60,533 nt of DNA from an uncultured Eubacteriales bacterium (GTDB taxonomy: Bacteria > Bacillota > Clostridia > Oscillospirales > Acutalibacteraceae). The notes under the pieces are model-generated. The model was not told the origin of the DNA and ran no database searches. It saw only the letters and a list, made by a program, of their open reading frames with translations. The DNA is taken from positions 5,291-65,823 of the forward strand of contig CAZTLU010000001.1 of the NCBI GenBank assembly GCA_964614605.1, given 5' to 3'. The first letter of the stretch is position 1; each line of letters starts with the position of its first letter. Shown piece by piece: positions 17,879-28,859 of this stretch. The position numbers and the translations under genes are program-made.

Positions 17879-18741
17879 TCTTTTATTTCCTTTGCCTGAT
17901 TATACATAGAAATATAATTGTTATGACGAATTTCACTTATTTCGCCGTTTTTAACTGCCTCACAAATTGAGCAGCCCTTGTCATTTACATGGGCACAGGT
18001 TGTGAATTGGCAGGTGCCGAGATATTCTCTGAATTCTCTAAAGCAATAAGGTAATTCGTCTTTTTTTATTATGCCGTTTTTCTCAAATTCAAATGAAGAA
18101 AATCCCGGAGTATCAATGATATAACCGCCACAAACATTAAATAACTGTGCCTGACGGGTTGTATGCCTACCTCTGCCCAATTTATCACTTATTTCGCCCG
18201 TAGCAAGCTGAAGCCGGGGCTCAAGTCGGTTAAGAAGCGTTGTTTTACCTACACCGGAATTACCCGTAAACGCATTGATTTTACCCTTCATTATTTCGCG
18301 GACATCATTTAATGAATTATCGGAATTAAGTGAAATTACTTTAATTCCGGATTTTTCATAAACCTCTGCAATTTCTTTTTCAGAAGCCAAATCGGTTTTT
18401 GAAATGACAACAACCGGCTCAATATTCTTATGCTCTGCAATAGCTATAAGTTTATCAATTACGAGAAAATTTGGTCGTGGTTCGGTTGTAGCAACAACAA
18501 TAATTAAATTATCAATGTTTGAAACCGGCGGTCTGTTCAGAAAATTTTTGCGGTCATAGATTAAATCAATCGTATTTTCTGCATTATCATTGACAGTAAT
18601 ATCAACAGTATCACCAACAAGCGGAGTTATACGCTTTTTGCGGAAAATTCCCCTTGCTTTGCATTCATAAGTCGCATTGGCGACTTCAACATAATAGAAG
18701 CCGCCAATACCTTTGGTTATTATACCTTTTAATTGTTCCAT
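17866..18741 (-). CDS. rsgA: Ribosome small-subunit-dependent GTPase A
   Basis: OB-fold N-terminus, circularly permuted GTPase (SKTDL, GNSGVGKTTLLN), C-terminal Zn cluster (C..F..C.H...C). Confidence 0.93.
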   Translation of the reverse strand: MEQLKGIITKGIGGFYYVEVANATYECKARGIFRKKRITPLVGDTVDITVNDNAENTIDLIYDRKNFLNRPPVSNIDNLIIVVATTEPRPNFLVIDKLIAIAEHKNIEPVVVISKTDLASEKEIAEVYEKSGIKVISLNSDNSLNDVREIMKGKINAFTGNSGVGKTTLLNRLEPRLQLATGEISDKLGRGRHTTRQAQLFNVCGGYIIDTPGFSSFEFEKNGIIKKDELPYCFREFREYLGTCQFTTCAHVNDKGCSICEAVKNGEISEIRHNNYISMYNQAKEIKEWEL

Positions 18742-18742
18742 A

Positions 18743-20893
18743 TTATTCTGCGCTCTCGCTATCGGGACCCAAACTTACAGTAATCACAATCTCTGTACTT
18801 GTTGAGATTTTGGTTGTACCATCAGATGTAGGAGTCTGTGCAATGACTTCACCAGCGGTTTTTTCGTTAACCTCTTCAACGACCTTAATGTTTGTAAAGC
18901 CTGCATTGTTCAAATCATCAAGTGCAACGTCCTTCATACTGCCAATAACATTAGGCAAAACCTCTGTGTTGTCAAAAGCAATATTTTCAACATTGCTCAA
19001 AACTGCGGGGACCTTGGTAAAGTCAACATTACCCTGCTGAACAAGAATATCGTCAATCATCACCTTATAAGTTCCATCTGCACCCTTACCTGTCAAGGTA
19101 TAGGTCTTGGTCGCACCGTCAAGATAAAGTTCTTTTGATTCAAAGTACAGCTCATTATTCAAATAAATCTTCAAAATACCGCTCTTGTTTACTGCGGGCA
19201 ATGTTACAGTAATATCAACAGATGATTCACTTGGAACGCCATTACTTACAGTAAAGTCAATTTTAGAGCCGACCGGAACTTTAGTATCCTTGGCAATACT
19301 CTGCTCAACAACAATACCTGCTTCAAGATTACTATCAACTTCAGTTACTGTACCAACCTCAAGGTCAGAAGCTTTAAGAAGCTGCACTGCAACCTCTTTG
19401 CTGCATCCTTCGATTTCGGGAACCTTTGTGGTTTCTTGCTCATCAGTTGCAATATATACAACAACTTCAGAACCCGTTCTGACGGAAGAGCCAACCTCGG
19501 GTGAAGTTTTAATAACAAGACCTGCGGCAATAGTTTCTGAATATTCAGACATAATTGTGGGAACAAGACCGCGTGATATGAGATAGCTCTTTGCCTGTTC
19601 TTCATTCATACTTAAAATTGATGAATCAATGACAACGCTGTCTTTCTGTACAATTGTCAAAGTGATTTCAGTACCCTTCTTTACCTTTTCACTTGCAGAA
19701 GGATTCTGGTCGGTAACCGTACCGTCATCAAGAGTTGAACTTTCGGTAAACTCAAGTTTAAATGTAAAGTCATCAGTGTATTCGGTATTATTTTCAATAT
19801 TATCATAATAGTTAAGGTTAACAAAATTTGGAACCTCAACCTTTTGGTTCTTTAGTCCAAGCAAAACTGCAACTATAATGAGAATAAGTACGACAAAGCC
19901 TGCGATTGCCCCCATCATAATAGCTGTTGTCTTATTGATTGCTCTTTTTTCAGTTTCAACCGGTAGCTCTTCATTTACGGATTGTACGCGTGTTGCGGCA
20001 CCGCCTGTTCTTACATATTTTGTAGGCTCCTGGTCAACAAAATATGTGTAGTTAAACTTAACTGCAGGATTACGCTTAAATTCATTTATATCCATAAGCA
20101 TTTCTGCAGCAGAACGGTATCTGTCATTAGGATTTTTTTGCATTGCACGAATTGTAATCTGTTCAAGACCTAAAGGTAATGTGGGAACAATCTCTCGCGG
20201 ACGCTTAGGGTCCTGCTGAAGCTGCATAATTGCAACAGAAACTGCACTGTCTGACTGAAAAGGCAACTGACCTGTAAGCATTTCATACATAACAACGCCA
20301 ACTGAATAAATATCTGCCTTATCATCAGTCATTTCTCCGCGAGCCTGCTCGGGACTGATATAATGCACCGAACCGATTGCGTTTTCGGAAGTTGTTTTGG
20401 AATCCATTCTGCTGAATCTTGCAATACCAAAATCAGTAACCTTTATGGTTCCATCCTGCAAAAGCATAATATTCTGTGGCTTTATATCTTGATGAACAAT
20501 GCCTTTGTCGTGAGCGTGCTGAAGAGCGGCAAGAATCTGTCCCATAAAATGAACAGCTTCCTTCCAGTTTACAACGCCTTGCTGTTCGATATACTCTTTA
20601 AGAGTAATTCCGTCAACATATTCCATAACAATATACTGAAGTCTGTCGCCAAAGCTTACATTGTAAACGCGAACGATATTGGGATGTGAAAGTACTGCAA
20701 TTGCCTTTGACTCGTTCTTAAATCTGCGCTTAAATTCTTCGTTGGTAAGATATTCATCCTTCAAGATTTTTATAGCAACTATTCTATCGTCAATGTTGTC
20801 GTAAGCCTTATAAACAACTGCCATTCCACCAACGCCAATAATCTCTCTTATTTCATATCGTCCATCAAGACGTTTACCACAAAAATTATCCAT
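18743..20893 (-). CDS. prkC: Ser/Thr protein kinase with PASTA repeats
   Basis: Hanks kinase motifs (GVGGMAVVYKA, HQDIKPQN, DFGIA, SPEQ), one TM helix, then extracellular PASTA-like repeats. Confidence 0.93.
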   Translation of the reverse strand: MDNFCGKRLDGRYEIREIIGVGGMAVVYKAYDNIDDRIVAIKILKDEYLTNEEFKRRFKNESKAIAVLSHPNIVRVYNVSFGDRLQYIVMEYVDGITLKEYIEQQGVVNWKEAVHFMGQILAALQHAHDKGIVHQDIKPQNIMLLQDGTIKVTDFGIARFSRMDSKTTSENAIGSVHYISPEQARGEMTDDKADIYSVGVVMYEMLTGQLPFQSDSAVSVAIMQLQQDPKRPREIVPTLPLGLEQITIRAMQKNPNDRYRSAAEMLMDINEFKRNPAVKFNYTYFVDQEPTKYVRTGGAATRVQSVNEELPVETEKRAINKTTAIMMGAIAGFVVLILIIVAVLLGLKNQKVEVPNFVNLNYYDNIENNTEYTDDFTFKLEFTESSTLDDGTVTDQNPSASEKVKKGTEITLTIVQKDSVVIDSSILSMNEEQAKSYLISRGLVPTIMSEYSETIAAGLVIKTSPEVGSSVRTGSEVVVYIATDEQETTKVPEIEGCSKEVAVQLLKASDLEVGTVTEVDSNLEAGIVVEQSIAKDTKVPVGSKIDFTVSNGVPSESSVDITVTLPAVNKSGILKIYLNNELYFESKELYLDGATKTYTLTGKGADGTYKVMIDDILVQQGNVDFTKVPAVLSNVENIAFDNTEVLPNVIGSMKDVALDDLNNAGFTNIKVVEEVNEKTAGEVIAQTPTSDGTTKISTSTEIVITVSLGPDSESAE

Positions 20894-20914
20894 AATTTAT
20901 GCTCCTTTCAACAA

Positions 20915-21643
20915 TCAATAGGAAATTGTTACAACGGTTATATTGTCGCCGCCGCCATTTGCATTTGCTCTGTTAACAAGACGTTCAGTATATTCAAAAA
21001 ATTTACCGTCAGATGTTAATTCATAAATCTCATCTTGTTCAACATAATTAGTCAAACCATCAGTAGCTATAATTAAAACATCATTCTCGTCAATATTATC
21101 CTCACAAAAATCAATACGAATTTCTTCGTCAACGCCCAAAGCGCGAGTGATTATATTTTTACGCGGGTCAATTTTTGCCTGGTCCGGCGTGAGATTTCCA
21201 TTGTCAACCATTTCCTGAACAAATGAATGGTCTTTAGTAAGCTGACGCAATTTTTTATCAGAGAGTATATAGGCTCTTGAATCACCCGCATGAGCAATGC
21301 AGACTGTTCCGTCAACAACAATGGCGACTACAACCGTCGTACCCATTCCCGAAAGCTCAGGATTATCTTTAGCCATATCATACACATTGATATTAGCGGC
21401 GTAAATCGCAGAGGTGAGCATATTCCTGATTGAATTAAATCCCATTCCTTGACGATATGTTGACGAAATTCGTTCTGAGATGATTTTTACAGCAGTTGTA
21501 CTGGCAATGTTGCCACCTGAAACGCCACCCATACCATCACAAACCACAGCCCACGCAACAGAACCGGATAATTCGCCGGCAGCATAGGAATCCTGATTAC
21601 TGCTTCGTTTTAACCCGATATCAGTTTTGGCTACTATTCTCAT
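20915..21643 (-). CDS. prpC: PP2C-family Ser/Thr phosphatase (Stp/PrpC)
   Basis: TDIG..R..NQD, VCDGMGG, ATDGL, GGDNITV. Confidence 0.93.
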   Translation of the reverse strand: MRIVAKTDIGLKRSSNQDSYAAGELSGSVAWAVVCDGMGGVSGGNIASTTAVKIISERISSTYRQGMGFNSIRNMLTSAIYAANINVYDMAKDNPELSGMGTTVVVAIVVDGTVCIAHAGDSRAYILSDKKLRQLTKDHSFVQEMVDNGNLTPDQAKIDPRKNIITRALGVDEEIRIDFCEDNIDENDVLIIATDGLTNYVEQDEIYELTSDGKFFEYTERLVNRANANGGGDNITVVTISY

Positions 21644-21649
21644 TTCATA

Positions 21650-22684
21650 TCACCCACTTTTCCTTTTAGACGCTCGAAGCTGACCGCATGAAGCGTTAAT
21701 ATCGCTACCAAGAGTTCTGCGCACAGTTGCAGTAATTCCTCTTGACGATAATATTTCAATAAATTTTTTCTGCCTTTCTGCCGTGCTTTTCTGATAATCA
21801 GTTTCACGCACATTGTTAACGGGAATTAAATTAACATGAGCTAACGTTCCCTTAAGCCTTTTTGCAAGCTCAAGTGCACAAGCATCACTGTCGTTCACAT
21901 CACGAATCATTGCATATTCAAATGAAATTCTGCGTCCCGTAGTATCGGCATAATATTTACAAGCCTTTAAAAGCTCTTCTACATCATATTTATTATTGAC
22001 AGGCATGGATTTTGACCTGATTCTGTTATTTGGTGCGTGAAGAGAAACAGAAAGCGTCAAACCAAGCTTTTTCTCTGCTAAATCATATATTTTCGGAACA
22101 ATTCCACAGGTTGACAATGAAATATGTCGCATGCTCATATTCTGACCCTTTTCGTCAGTTATTAGCTCAAGCATACGCATAACATTATCATAATTATCGA
22201 GTGGCTCACCAGTACCCATAAGAACAAGGTGATTGATTTTTACGCCGAGGTCACGCTGTGCCGAATAAATTTCAGAAAGCATTTCCCCCGCAGTTAAATG
22301 ACGCACAAAACCGCCGATTGCAGATGCACAGAATGTGCACCCCATTTTGCAACCTACCTGCGTTGAAATACAGATTGAATAACCGTATTTATATTTCATT
22401 ACAACACTTTCAACATATTCACCGTCAGAAAGTGTGAAAAGATATTTAACTGTATCGTCAATTTTTGACACAAGCTTTGTATTGATTTCACAATTGCTGA
22501 AAGAAAAATGTTGCTGAAGCTTTTCGCGCATATCCTTTGAAATATTTGTCATTTCATCAAATGATACAACGCATTTTTCGTGAATCCACGAATAAATCTG
22601 CTTTGCCCTGAAAAGAGGTAAACCCAATGCAGATATTTCTCCTGATAATTCACTGAAGCTCATTGAGCGAATATCCTTGAGCAT
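21650..22684 (-). CDS. rlmN: 23S rRNA/tRNA adenine-C2 methyltransferase RlmN (radical SAM)
   Basis: CxxxCxxC (CKMGCTFC), C-terminal GSDINASCGQL. Confidence 0.95.
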   Translation of the reverse strand: MLKDIRSMSFSELSGEISALGLPLFRAKQIYSWIHEKCVVSFDEMTNISKDMREKLQQHFSFSNCEINTKLVSKIDDTVKYLFTLSDGEYVESVVMKYKYGYSICISTQVGCKMGCTFCASAIGGFVRHLTAGEMLSEIYSAQRDLGVKINHLVLMGTGEPLDNYDNVMRMLELITDEKGQNMSMRHISLSTCGIVPKIYDLAEKKLGLTLSVSLHAPNNRIRSKSMPVNNKYDVEELLKACKYYADTTGRRISFEYAMIRDVNDSDACALELAKRLKGTLAHVNLIPVNNVRETDYQKSTAERQKKFIEILSSRGITATVRRTLGSDINASCGQLRASKRKSG

Positions 22685-22689
22685 AATAA

Positions 22690-23976
22690 TTATCCTTTAG
22701 TAAATTTGGCAACAAAGAAACCGTCAGTGCCGTTTTTATGCGGCATTAAGGTCATATACCCGTCAGCGTCAGTAAGTTCAATTTTGCTGAACTCAGGATT
22801 TAAAGATAAGAATTTATCGCATATGTGTTGATTTTCTTTCTTGTTCAATGAACAAGTAGAATAAACAAGCACGCCGTTATCCTTTAAATACTTTGATGCA
22901 CAATTTAATATATTGTACTGTAAATCACATAATTTGTCAACAAAGCCCAAATCCTTATACTTGATTTCAGGCTTTCTTCTGATAACGCCCAAACCACTGC
23001 AGGGAACATCACAGAGAATTTTGTCAGCAAGTGGCAAAGCTTCGTTATGAACAGACGAATCCCCTACAGTTCCATTAATAATATCAATACCCAATCTTTG
23101 AGCACCATCATTTATAAGTTTTACACGGTGCTCATACAAATCGAAGGAAAAAATTTCACCTTTGTTCAGCATCATTTCTGCCATTGTGAAGGATTTACCA
23201 CCTGGTGAAGAACACATATCAAATACAATATCATTTGGTTGAGGATTTAGCTGTTCAACGCAAATCTGCGATGCGAAATCCTGTGCATGAAATAAGCCGT
23301 TTTTATACGCTTCAGTTTTGAATACGGCATTACCGCTTTTAATAATTAAGGCATTTGGGAAAGAGTCTAATATTTCTGTTTCAACACCATTGTTTTCAAG
23401 GAGTTTTTTCAAGTCATATACGGATGTTTTTAAAGTATTGACACGAATTACTAACGGCACTGCCCCGACAGAAGCCTCTAAAAGCTTTTTAGCATCTTCA
23501 TAACCGTAATCTTTAATATAATGTGAAACGAGCTCTTGCGGGCAAGAATAAGCAATACTTAAATCATAAGTTTTGTTATCTGTTTCCGGCAACTTGGTTT
23601 CTGTTGAAGAAACCTTGCGTAGCACCGAATTCACCAGACCCGAAGCATACGCACATTTTGCTTTTTTTACAAGCTTAACGCTTTCATTAACAGCCGCAGA
23701 AACAGGAACCTTATCCATAAATTTCAACTGATATGTACCCATTCGTAAAATTGTAAGTACTTGTGGGTTAAGCTTTTTAATTGGTTGGGAAAGAAATTGA
23801 GATAAAATATAATCCAAAGTAATTTTTCGCTCAATTACACCGTAAACCAAATTGCACACAAATGGCGCAGAGGTTGCCTGATTAGAGCTTAAAACATTAT
23901 CAAGCGCTATGTTGGAGTAAGCTTTGTCATGTTCAATTTTACTTAAAATTTTAAAAGCTAATAATCTGTCATCCAT
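22690..23976 (-). CDS. rsmB: 16S rRNA m5C967 methyltransferase RsmB
   Basis: NusB-like N-terminus, DMCSSPGGKS SAM motif, DVPCSG and YSTCS catalytic cysteines. Confidence 0.92.
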   Translation of the reverse strand: MDDRLLAFKILSKIEHDKAYSNIALDNVLSSNQATSAPFVCNLVYGVIERKITLDYILSQFLSQPIKKLNPQVLTILRMGTYQLKFMDKVPVSAAVNESVKLVKKAKCAYASGLVNSVLRKVSSTETKLPETDNKTYDLSIAYSCPQELVSHYIKDYGYEDAKKLLEASVGAVPLVIRVNTLKTSVYDLKKLLENNGVETEILDSFPNALIIKSGNAVFKTEAYKNGLFHAQDFASQICVEQLNPQPNDIVFDMCSSPGGKSFTMAEMMLNKGEIFSFDLYEHRVKLINDGAQRLGIDIINGTVGDSSVHNEALPLADKILCDVPCSGLGVIRRKPEIKYKDLGFVDKLCDLQYNILNCASKYLKDNGVLVYSTCSLNKKENQHICDKFLSLNPEFSKIELTDADGYMTLMPHKNGTDGFFVAKFTKG

Positions 23977-23979
23977 AGT

Positions 23980-24684
23980 TTATTTTTTTCTTCTGTTTAC
24001 CATTAAAATAAGTCTTAACAAGTTTGCAACACTAACTGCAAGAGCAGCAACATATGTCATAGCTGCTGCAGTCAAAACCTTTTTCGCGCCATTTTTCTCT
24101 TCTTCACCAAGCAAATCAGCTTGACCGATAACACTTAACGCTCTTTTGCTTGCATTGAACTCAACCGGTAAGGTTATGAGTTGAAACAAAACTGCAAAGG
24201 CAAAGAATATTACACCGAACATTGCCAAAGACTCAAACCCAAGAAAAAAGCCCAAAATTGCAAGAGGAAAACCAAGCTTTGAGCCAAGACTTGCAACAGG
24301 TAAAATAAAATTACGAATCTTAATCGGCACATAGCTTTGTGCATACTGTGCGGCGTGACCTGCCTCGTGACAAGCAACACCAATAGCTGCAACAGATGTT
24401 GAATTATATACACTGTCAGAAAGTCTTATCACATTGGTTCTCGGGTCATAATGGTCAGTAAGATTACCTGAAACACGCTCAATCTGCACATTAGTAATTC
24501 CATAATAACGAAGTATTTCAAACGCCGCCTGTGCTCCGGTAATTCTGCGGGCAGACATCACTTTTGAATACTTTTTAAATGTAGAATTAACCCTTGCTGA
24601 TGCAATCATTGAGAAAATAAGCACGGGTAAAACGAGAATCACATAATAGTAGTTTGACAAATAGTAATATGAAAAATAATCCAT
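23980..24684 (-). CDS. Membrane zinc metallopeptidase (Zn_peptidase_2 family)
   Basis: HEAGHAAQ motif, N- and C-terminal TM helices, 234 aa. Confidence 0.85.
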   Translation of the reverse strand: MDYFSYYYLSNYYYVILVLPVLIFSMIASARVNSTFKKYSKVMSARRITGAQAAFEILRYYGITNVQIERVSGNLTDHYDPRTNVIRLSDSVYNSTSVAAIGVACHEAGHAAQYAQSYVPIKIRNFILPVASLGSKLGFPLAILGFFLGFESLAMFGVIFFAFAVLFQLITLPVEFNASKRALSVIGQADLLGEEEKNGAKKVLTAAAMTYVAALAVSVANLLRLILMVNRRKK

Positions 24685-24687
24685 ATT

Positions 24688-25620
24688 TTACACTCCTGCT
24701 AAAGTTCCTTTTTCTATGCGCTGACCTCTCAAGAAGCTCTGTGTATCCATCTTTTTCTTGCCTTCTGCCTGAATTTCAAGAATTTCAACACACTTTCCGT
24801 CACCGCACATGATAACAAGTCTGTTATTATTATCAACAATTTCGCCGGGATTTCCCGAAAAAATTTCTTCCAAAATTCTCGATTTGTGAATTTTAAATTT
24901 TTTACCGTTGATTACTGTTGTTGCAATTGGCCACGAGTATAAGCCACGCACTTTATTATGAACCGCTGTTGCAGATTTTGTAAAATCAATAGGGCAAATC
25001 TCTTTTGTGATTATAGGTGCGTAATTTGAAAGAGAATCATCCTGTTTTTCAGGCTTTAATTCACCATTTTTCAAGGCATCTATTGTTTCAATTAAAACCT
25101 CCGCTCCCATTGTGGAAAGCTTGTCGAAAAGTTCTTCCGCAGTTATGTCTTCGGTTATTTTAATTGCCTTTTTAATGAGCATGTCGCCTGTATCAAGACC
25201 AACATCCATTTGCATTGAAGTTACTCCTGTTTCGGCTTCACCGTTAAGTATGCTCCATTGAATCGGTGCCGCACCGCGAAGCTTGGGAAGCAATGATGCA
25301 TGAATATTGATGCATCCGTATTTTACACTCTCAAGAATTTCTTTGGGAAGAATTTTACCGAAAGCTACAACAATAATTAAATCTGCTTCAAGTGAATTTA
25401 TGATTTCCAATGCCTCGCCGTTTCGCATAGAAGTGGGTTGAAAAACAGGCAAATTATAATTCAATGCACATTGCTTTACGGGAGGCGGAGTTAACTCGTA
25501 ACCTCTACCCTTTGGTTTGTCGGGCTGTGTGAATACGCCAACAACCTCATTATCACTTTTTATTAACGCTTCAAGGCAGGGAACCGAAAAATCAGGAGTT
25601 CCCATAAAAATAATACGCAT
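24688..25620 (-). CDS. fmt: Methionyl-tRNA formyltransferase
   Basis: MRIIFMGTPDFSV..., HASLLPKLRGAAPIQW. The ORF-track extension to 25677 overlaps def and was rejected. Confidence 0.93.
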   Translation of the reverse strand: MRIIFMGTPDFSVPCLEALIKSDNEVVGVFTQPDKPKGRGYELTPPPVKQCALNYNLPVFQPTSMRNGEALEIINSLEADLIIVVAFGKILPKEILESVKYGCINIHASLLPKLRGAAPIQWSILNGEAETGVTSMQMDVGLDTGDMLIKKAIKITEDITAEELFDKLSTMGAEVLIETIDALKNGELKPEKQDDSLSNYAPIITKEICPIDFTKSATAVHNKVRGLYSWPIATTVINGKKFKIHKSRILEEIFSGNPGEIVDNNNRLVIMCGDGKCVEILEIQAEGKKKMDTQSFLRGQRIEKGTLAGV

Positions 25621-25624
25621 AATA

Positions 25625-26101
25625 TCACTCGTTTCCAATATTGAATCTAGCAAGGTCGTCTTCACTCGCAAGTACATCAGTATAAATTATACCGTCAAGG
25701 TGGTCAAGCTCATGGCAGAAAGCCTTTGCTTTAAGCTCTGTACCCTTGTAAACACACCAATTGCCGTATCTGTTTTGCGCCTTGACTTTAACGGTCATTG
25801 GGCGAACTGTATAACCCTGTTTGCCAGGCAGAGAAAGGCAACCCTCAACACTGCATTGTTCACCCTCACGCTCAATGATTTCGGGATTTACAAGCTCCAT
25901 TAATCCATCACCAACATCTATAACGACAATTCTTCTCAATATTCCAACCTGAACGCCTGCAAGACCAACACCGTCAGCAGCATACATTGTTTCAGCCATA
26001 TCGTCAAGTATTTCCCAGAGTCTCTCGTCGAAATTCTCAACAGGTCTGCTCTTTTTTCTCAAAATAGGGTCCTCTTCTGTTCTGATTTTTCTAATAGCCA
26101 T
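25625..26101 (-). CDS. def: Peptide deformylase
   Basis: GVGLAGVQVG, EGCLSLPG, HELDHLDG. ATG at 26101 is 8 nt after GAGGA; the ORF-track GTG at 26116 lies within the priA stop region. Confidence 0.93.
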   Translation of the reverse strand: MAIRKIRTEEDPILRKKSRPVENFDERLWEILDDMAETMYAADGVGLAGVQVGILRRIVVIDVGDGLMELVNPEIIEREGEQCSVEGCLSLPGKQGYTVRPMTVKVKAQNRYGNWCVYKGTELKAKAFCHELDHLDGIIYTDVLASEDDLARFNIGNE

Positions 26102-26112
26102 ATCAATCATCC

Positions 26113-28569
26113 TCACAATAAACTTTCAGGATTTATGTCAGCGAAAATACTGACATCATCATATTTTTTATTCTTCATAAATGCCTTTAACAAATCGCTG
26201 ATAAATATTCTCAATCGTTTGGAATATCGGCATTTAATTATAATTCTATTTCTGAATTTTCCGCCAATTTTTGCAATTTTCGGCGTTGCAGGACCGAGCA
26301 CAATAATTTGCACATCGCTATATTGCTCTGAATGAAGCTTTTTAAGCGTATCAACAAATTCCATTGCTGCATCATTTACAGAAAATTCTCTTTCACCGGA
26401 AAATCCGATAACACACAAATCACAATAAGGCGGATAAGCCATTGCTTTTCGCATCTCAATTTCAATATCATAGAACGCTTTATAATCTTGCTCTTTTGCA
26501 AGATTTACAATTTCACTGTCAGTAAAAGCGGTCTGAATATATGCTTTTCCGGGGAAATCTCCCCTGCCACTTCTTCCAACAACTTGAGTAATAAGGTCAA
26601 ACGCACGCTCACCGCTCTTGAAATCGTCATTAAAGAGCATCTGGTCAACACTCAATACACCTACAAGGGTAACATCGGGGAAATTTAACCCTTTTGCGAC
26701 CATCTGAGTTCCTACAAGAATATCGTATTCACCTTTCGCAAAGCTACCGAATTTTTCTTCATAAGAAAAACGTGATGTTGTTGTATCTGTATCCATTCGC
26801 AAAATTTTTGCGTTGGGTACAATCATTGCAAGCTCTTCTTCAAGCTTTTGAGTACCCGTGCCCGTAAAACGAACTGTTTCATTTCCACAATTATTGCATT
26901 TTTTTGTGAACGGCACGGAATAACCGCAATAATGACACATAAGCCTGCCATTTTTTAAGTGATAGGTCAACGAAATACTGCAATTCGGGCAAGTCATAAC
27001 CATACCACATTCAGTACATGACGCGTATGTATTATAACCACGGCGGTTAAGCAACAGAATTGACTGCTTGTGATTTTCAAAATTAAGGTGCAATTCTTCG
27101 GCAAGCTTTTTGCTAACATTTTCAAGCACCATATTTGTCTGATATGTAGTGTCAACTAATTCAACTTGCGGTAAACCAGAATTACCATATCTATTCTTTA
27201 ACTCAAAAAGTGAATATGCACCACTTTTAGCCTTTGAATATGTTTCTATTGACGGAGTCGCTGATGAGAGTAACAACAATCCGTTATGACATCCAACTCG
27301 GTATGAAGCTACATCACGAGCGTGATATCTTGGGGTCATTTCAGATTTATAGGTATGCTCCTGCTCTTCATCAATAATGATAAGACCAATATCTTCAAAT
27401 GGTGCAAAAACAGCTGAACGGGTGCCAATTGCTATTTGTGCATCACCGCGCTTAATTCTTTTCCACTCGTCAAGTCGCTGTCCCATTGAAAGTGCACTGT
27501 GAAAAACTGCTACTTTACTGCCATAACGCTCATAAAAAAGTGATAGCATTTGCGGAGTCAAAGAAATTTCAGGAATAAGAACAATTATACCGCGATTTGT
27601 TTTTACCACTTCGTCAATAAGCTTCATATAGACCTGGGTTTTGCCACTGCCCGTTACACCATATAGCAAAGCACCTTTAGGCTCATTGCTACTATAAAGC
27701 TCAAGAAGTCCTTTAAACGCAGTATTCTGCTCATCAGAAAGCACAATTTCATCTGCATTTGGTTCATCAATGTCACTATAAGGAGAGCGGTAAACCTCGT
27801 TGTCATAAAACTCAACTATACCCTTGTTAGCAAGTGCAGTTACAACAGCAACAGTATAGCCGGTAAAATAACAAATTTCTTTTACGGATGCCGTACCCAC
27901 ATCAGCAAGAATTTTTACAATTTCTTTCTGCTTTTTAGTTAATTTTGAAATCTGCTCTGTATTTTCCTCGGGGTCAATTTTAAGACGAACCATTTTAATT
28001 GTGGCATCGCCAACTCTTCTTTGTGTATCAATATTTTTAAGAAGAATTCCAAGAGATACCATTCTATCCAATATTTCGTCGCACTTTTTAATCTTGCAAG
28101 CAGAGGAAATCGTTTCTGCTTTAAGAAAGGTATTCTTTTCTTTCAGATAAGAATAAACAGTGTTTTCACTCTCGCCGTTTACAATGCCGTCAAAATCGGG
28201 ATTAACTGCATAGAGCAAATGGACAGACATAGAAAAGCCAAGAGGTAAAAACATTTTGCAGGCCTCAAAGTAGGTGCAAAAAGTTCTGTCATGAATATAA
28301 TTTGCAGTCAAAATCATTTCGCGTGTTAGCAAGGGCTCATCGTCAATAACACTGTCAATTTTTTTCAATGTTTTAGTGGTGATTTCACCCTCTGTAACAG
28401 AAAAAACAATACCAACGCGCTTTTTTGAACCGTTACCAAAAGGTACAAGAACTCTTTTGCCTGCGCAAACCTCTCGACATAAATAATCGGGAACAGAATA
28501 ATCAAATAACATATCAAAGGAAAATGCCGTATTTTCAACGGCAACCTTTGCAACAGTTAAAAGTCCCAT
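26113..28569 (-). CDS. priA: Primosomal replication restart helicase PriA
   Basis: GVTGSGKTQVY Walker A, DEEQE, Cys-rich insertion (CTECG...CPNC...CHYCG...CNNCG). Confidence 0.95.
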   Translation of the reverse strand: MGLLTVAKVAVENTAFSFDMLFDYSVPDYLCREVCAGKRVLVPFGNGSKKRVGIVFSVTEGEITTKTLKKIDSVIDDEPLLTREMILTANYIHDRTFCTYFEACKMFLPLGFSMSVHLLYAVNPDFDGIVNGESENTVYSYLKEKNTFLKAETISSACKIKKCDEILDRMVSLGILLKNIDTQRRVGDATIKMVRLKIDPEENTEQISKLTKKQKEIVKILADVGTASVKEICYFTGYTVAVVTALANKGIVEFYDNEVYRSPYSDIDEPNADEIVLSDEQNTAFKGLLELYSSNEPKGALLYGVTGSGKTQVYMKLIDEVVKTNRGIIVLIPEISLTPQMLSLFYERYGSKVAVFHSALSMGQRLDEWKRIKRGDAQIAIGTRSAVFAPFEDIGLIIIDEEQEHTYKSEMTPRYHARDVASYRVGCHNGLLLLSSATPSIETYSKAKSGAYSLFELKNRYGNSGLPQVELVDTTYQTNMVLENVSKKLAEELHLNFENHKQSILLLNRRGYNTYASCTECGMVMTCPNCSISLTYHLKNGRLMCHYCGYSVPFTKKCNNCGNETVRFTGTGTQKLEEELAMIVPNAKILRMDTDTTTSRFSYEEKFGSFAKGEYDILVGTQMVAKGLNFPDVTLVGVLSVDQMLFNDDFKSGERAFDLITQVVGRSGRGDFPGKAYIQTAFTDSEIVNLAKEQDYKAFYDIEIEMRKAMAYPPYCDLCVIGFSGEREFSVNDAAMEFVDTLKKLHSEQYSDVQIIVLGPATPKIAKIGGKFRNRIIIKCRYSKRLRIFISDLLKAFMKNKKYDDVSIFADINPESLL

Positions 28570-28604
28570 ATTCTGCCCCCTTTCTAATTTCTATTTAGTT
28601 TTAA

Positions 28605-28814
28605 TCAGATATTTCTGATTTCTTCAGGCTCTACTACCTCAAATTTACCTGAAATGATTTCGTCAAGTGCAATACTTACAGGCTTTTCACTAAGAATTTC
28701 ACCATTTTCCTGTGCATCTGCAGATATTTCTCTTGCTCTTTTTGCAACAGCAGTTACAAGAGAATAACGGCTTGTATGGTCTTTAAGCACATTTCTTAAA
28801 TCGGGATTAAACAT
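28605..28814 (-). CDS. rpoZ: DNA-directed RNA polymerase omega subunit
   Basis: 69 aa, RYSLVTAVAKRAREI, conserved position after gmk. Confidence 0.9.
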   Translation of the reverse strand: MFNPDLRNVLKDHTSRYSLVTAVAKRAREISADAQENGEILSEKPVSIALDEIISGKFEVVEPEEIRNI

Positions 28815-28859
28815 AATTTATTACCTCACTTATATAATTTTCATTCTTTATATGTAATT

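Noticed and set aside
24688-25677. N-terminal extensions given by the ORF track for fmt, def, gmk, cdaA, rqcH, metK, ribU, the sulfatase, the HK, DUF3343, DUF378, typA and ileS.
   Set aside because: In each case the extension overlaps the upstream gene, a riboswitch or the gene's own SD. An internal start with proper SD spacing reproduces the canonical family N-terminus.
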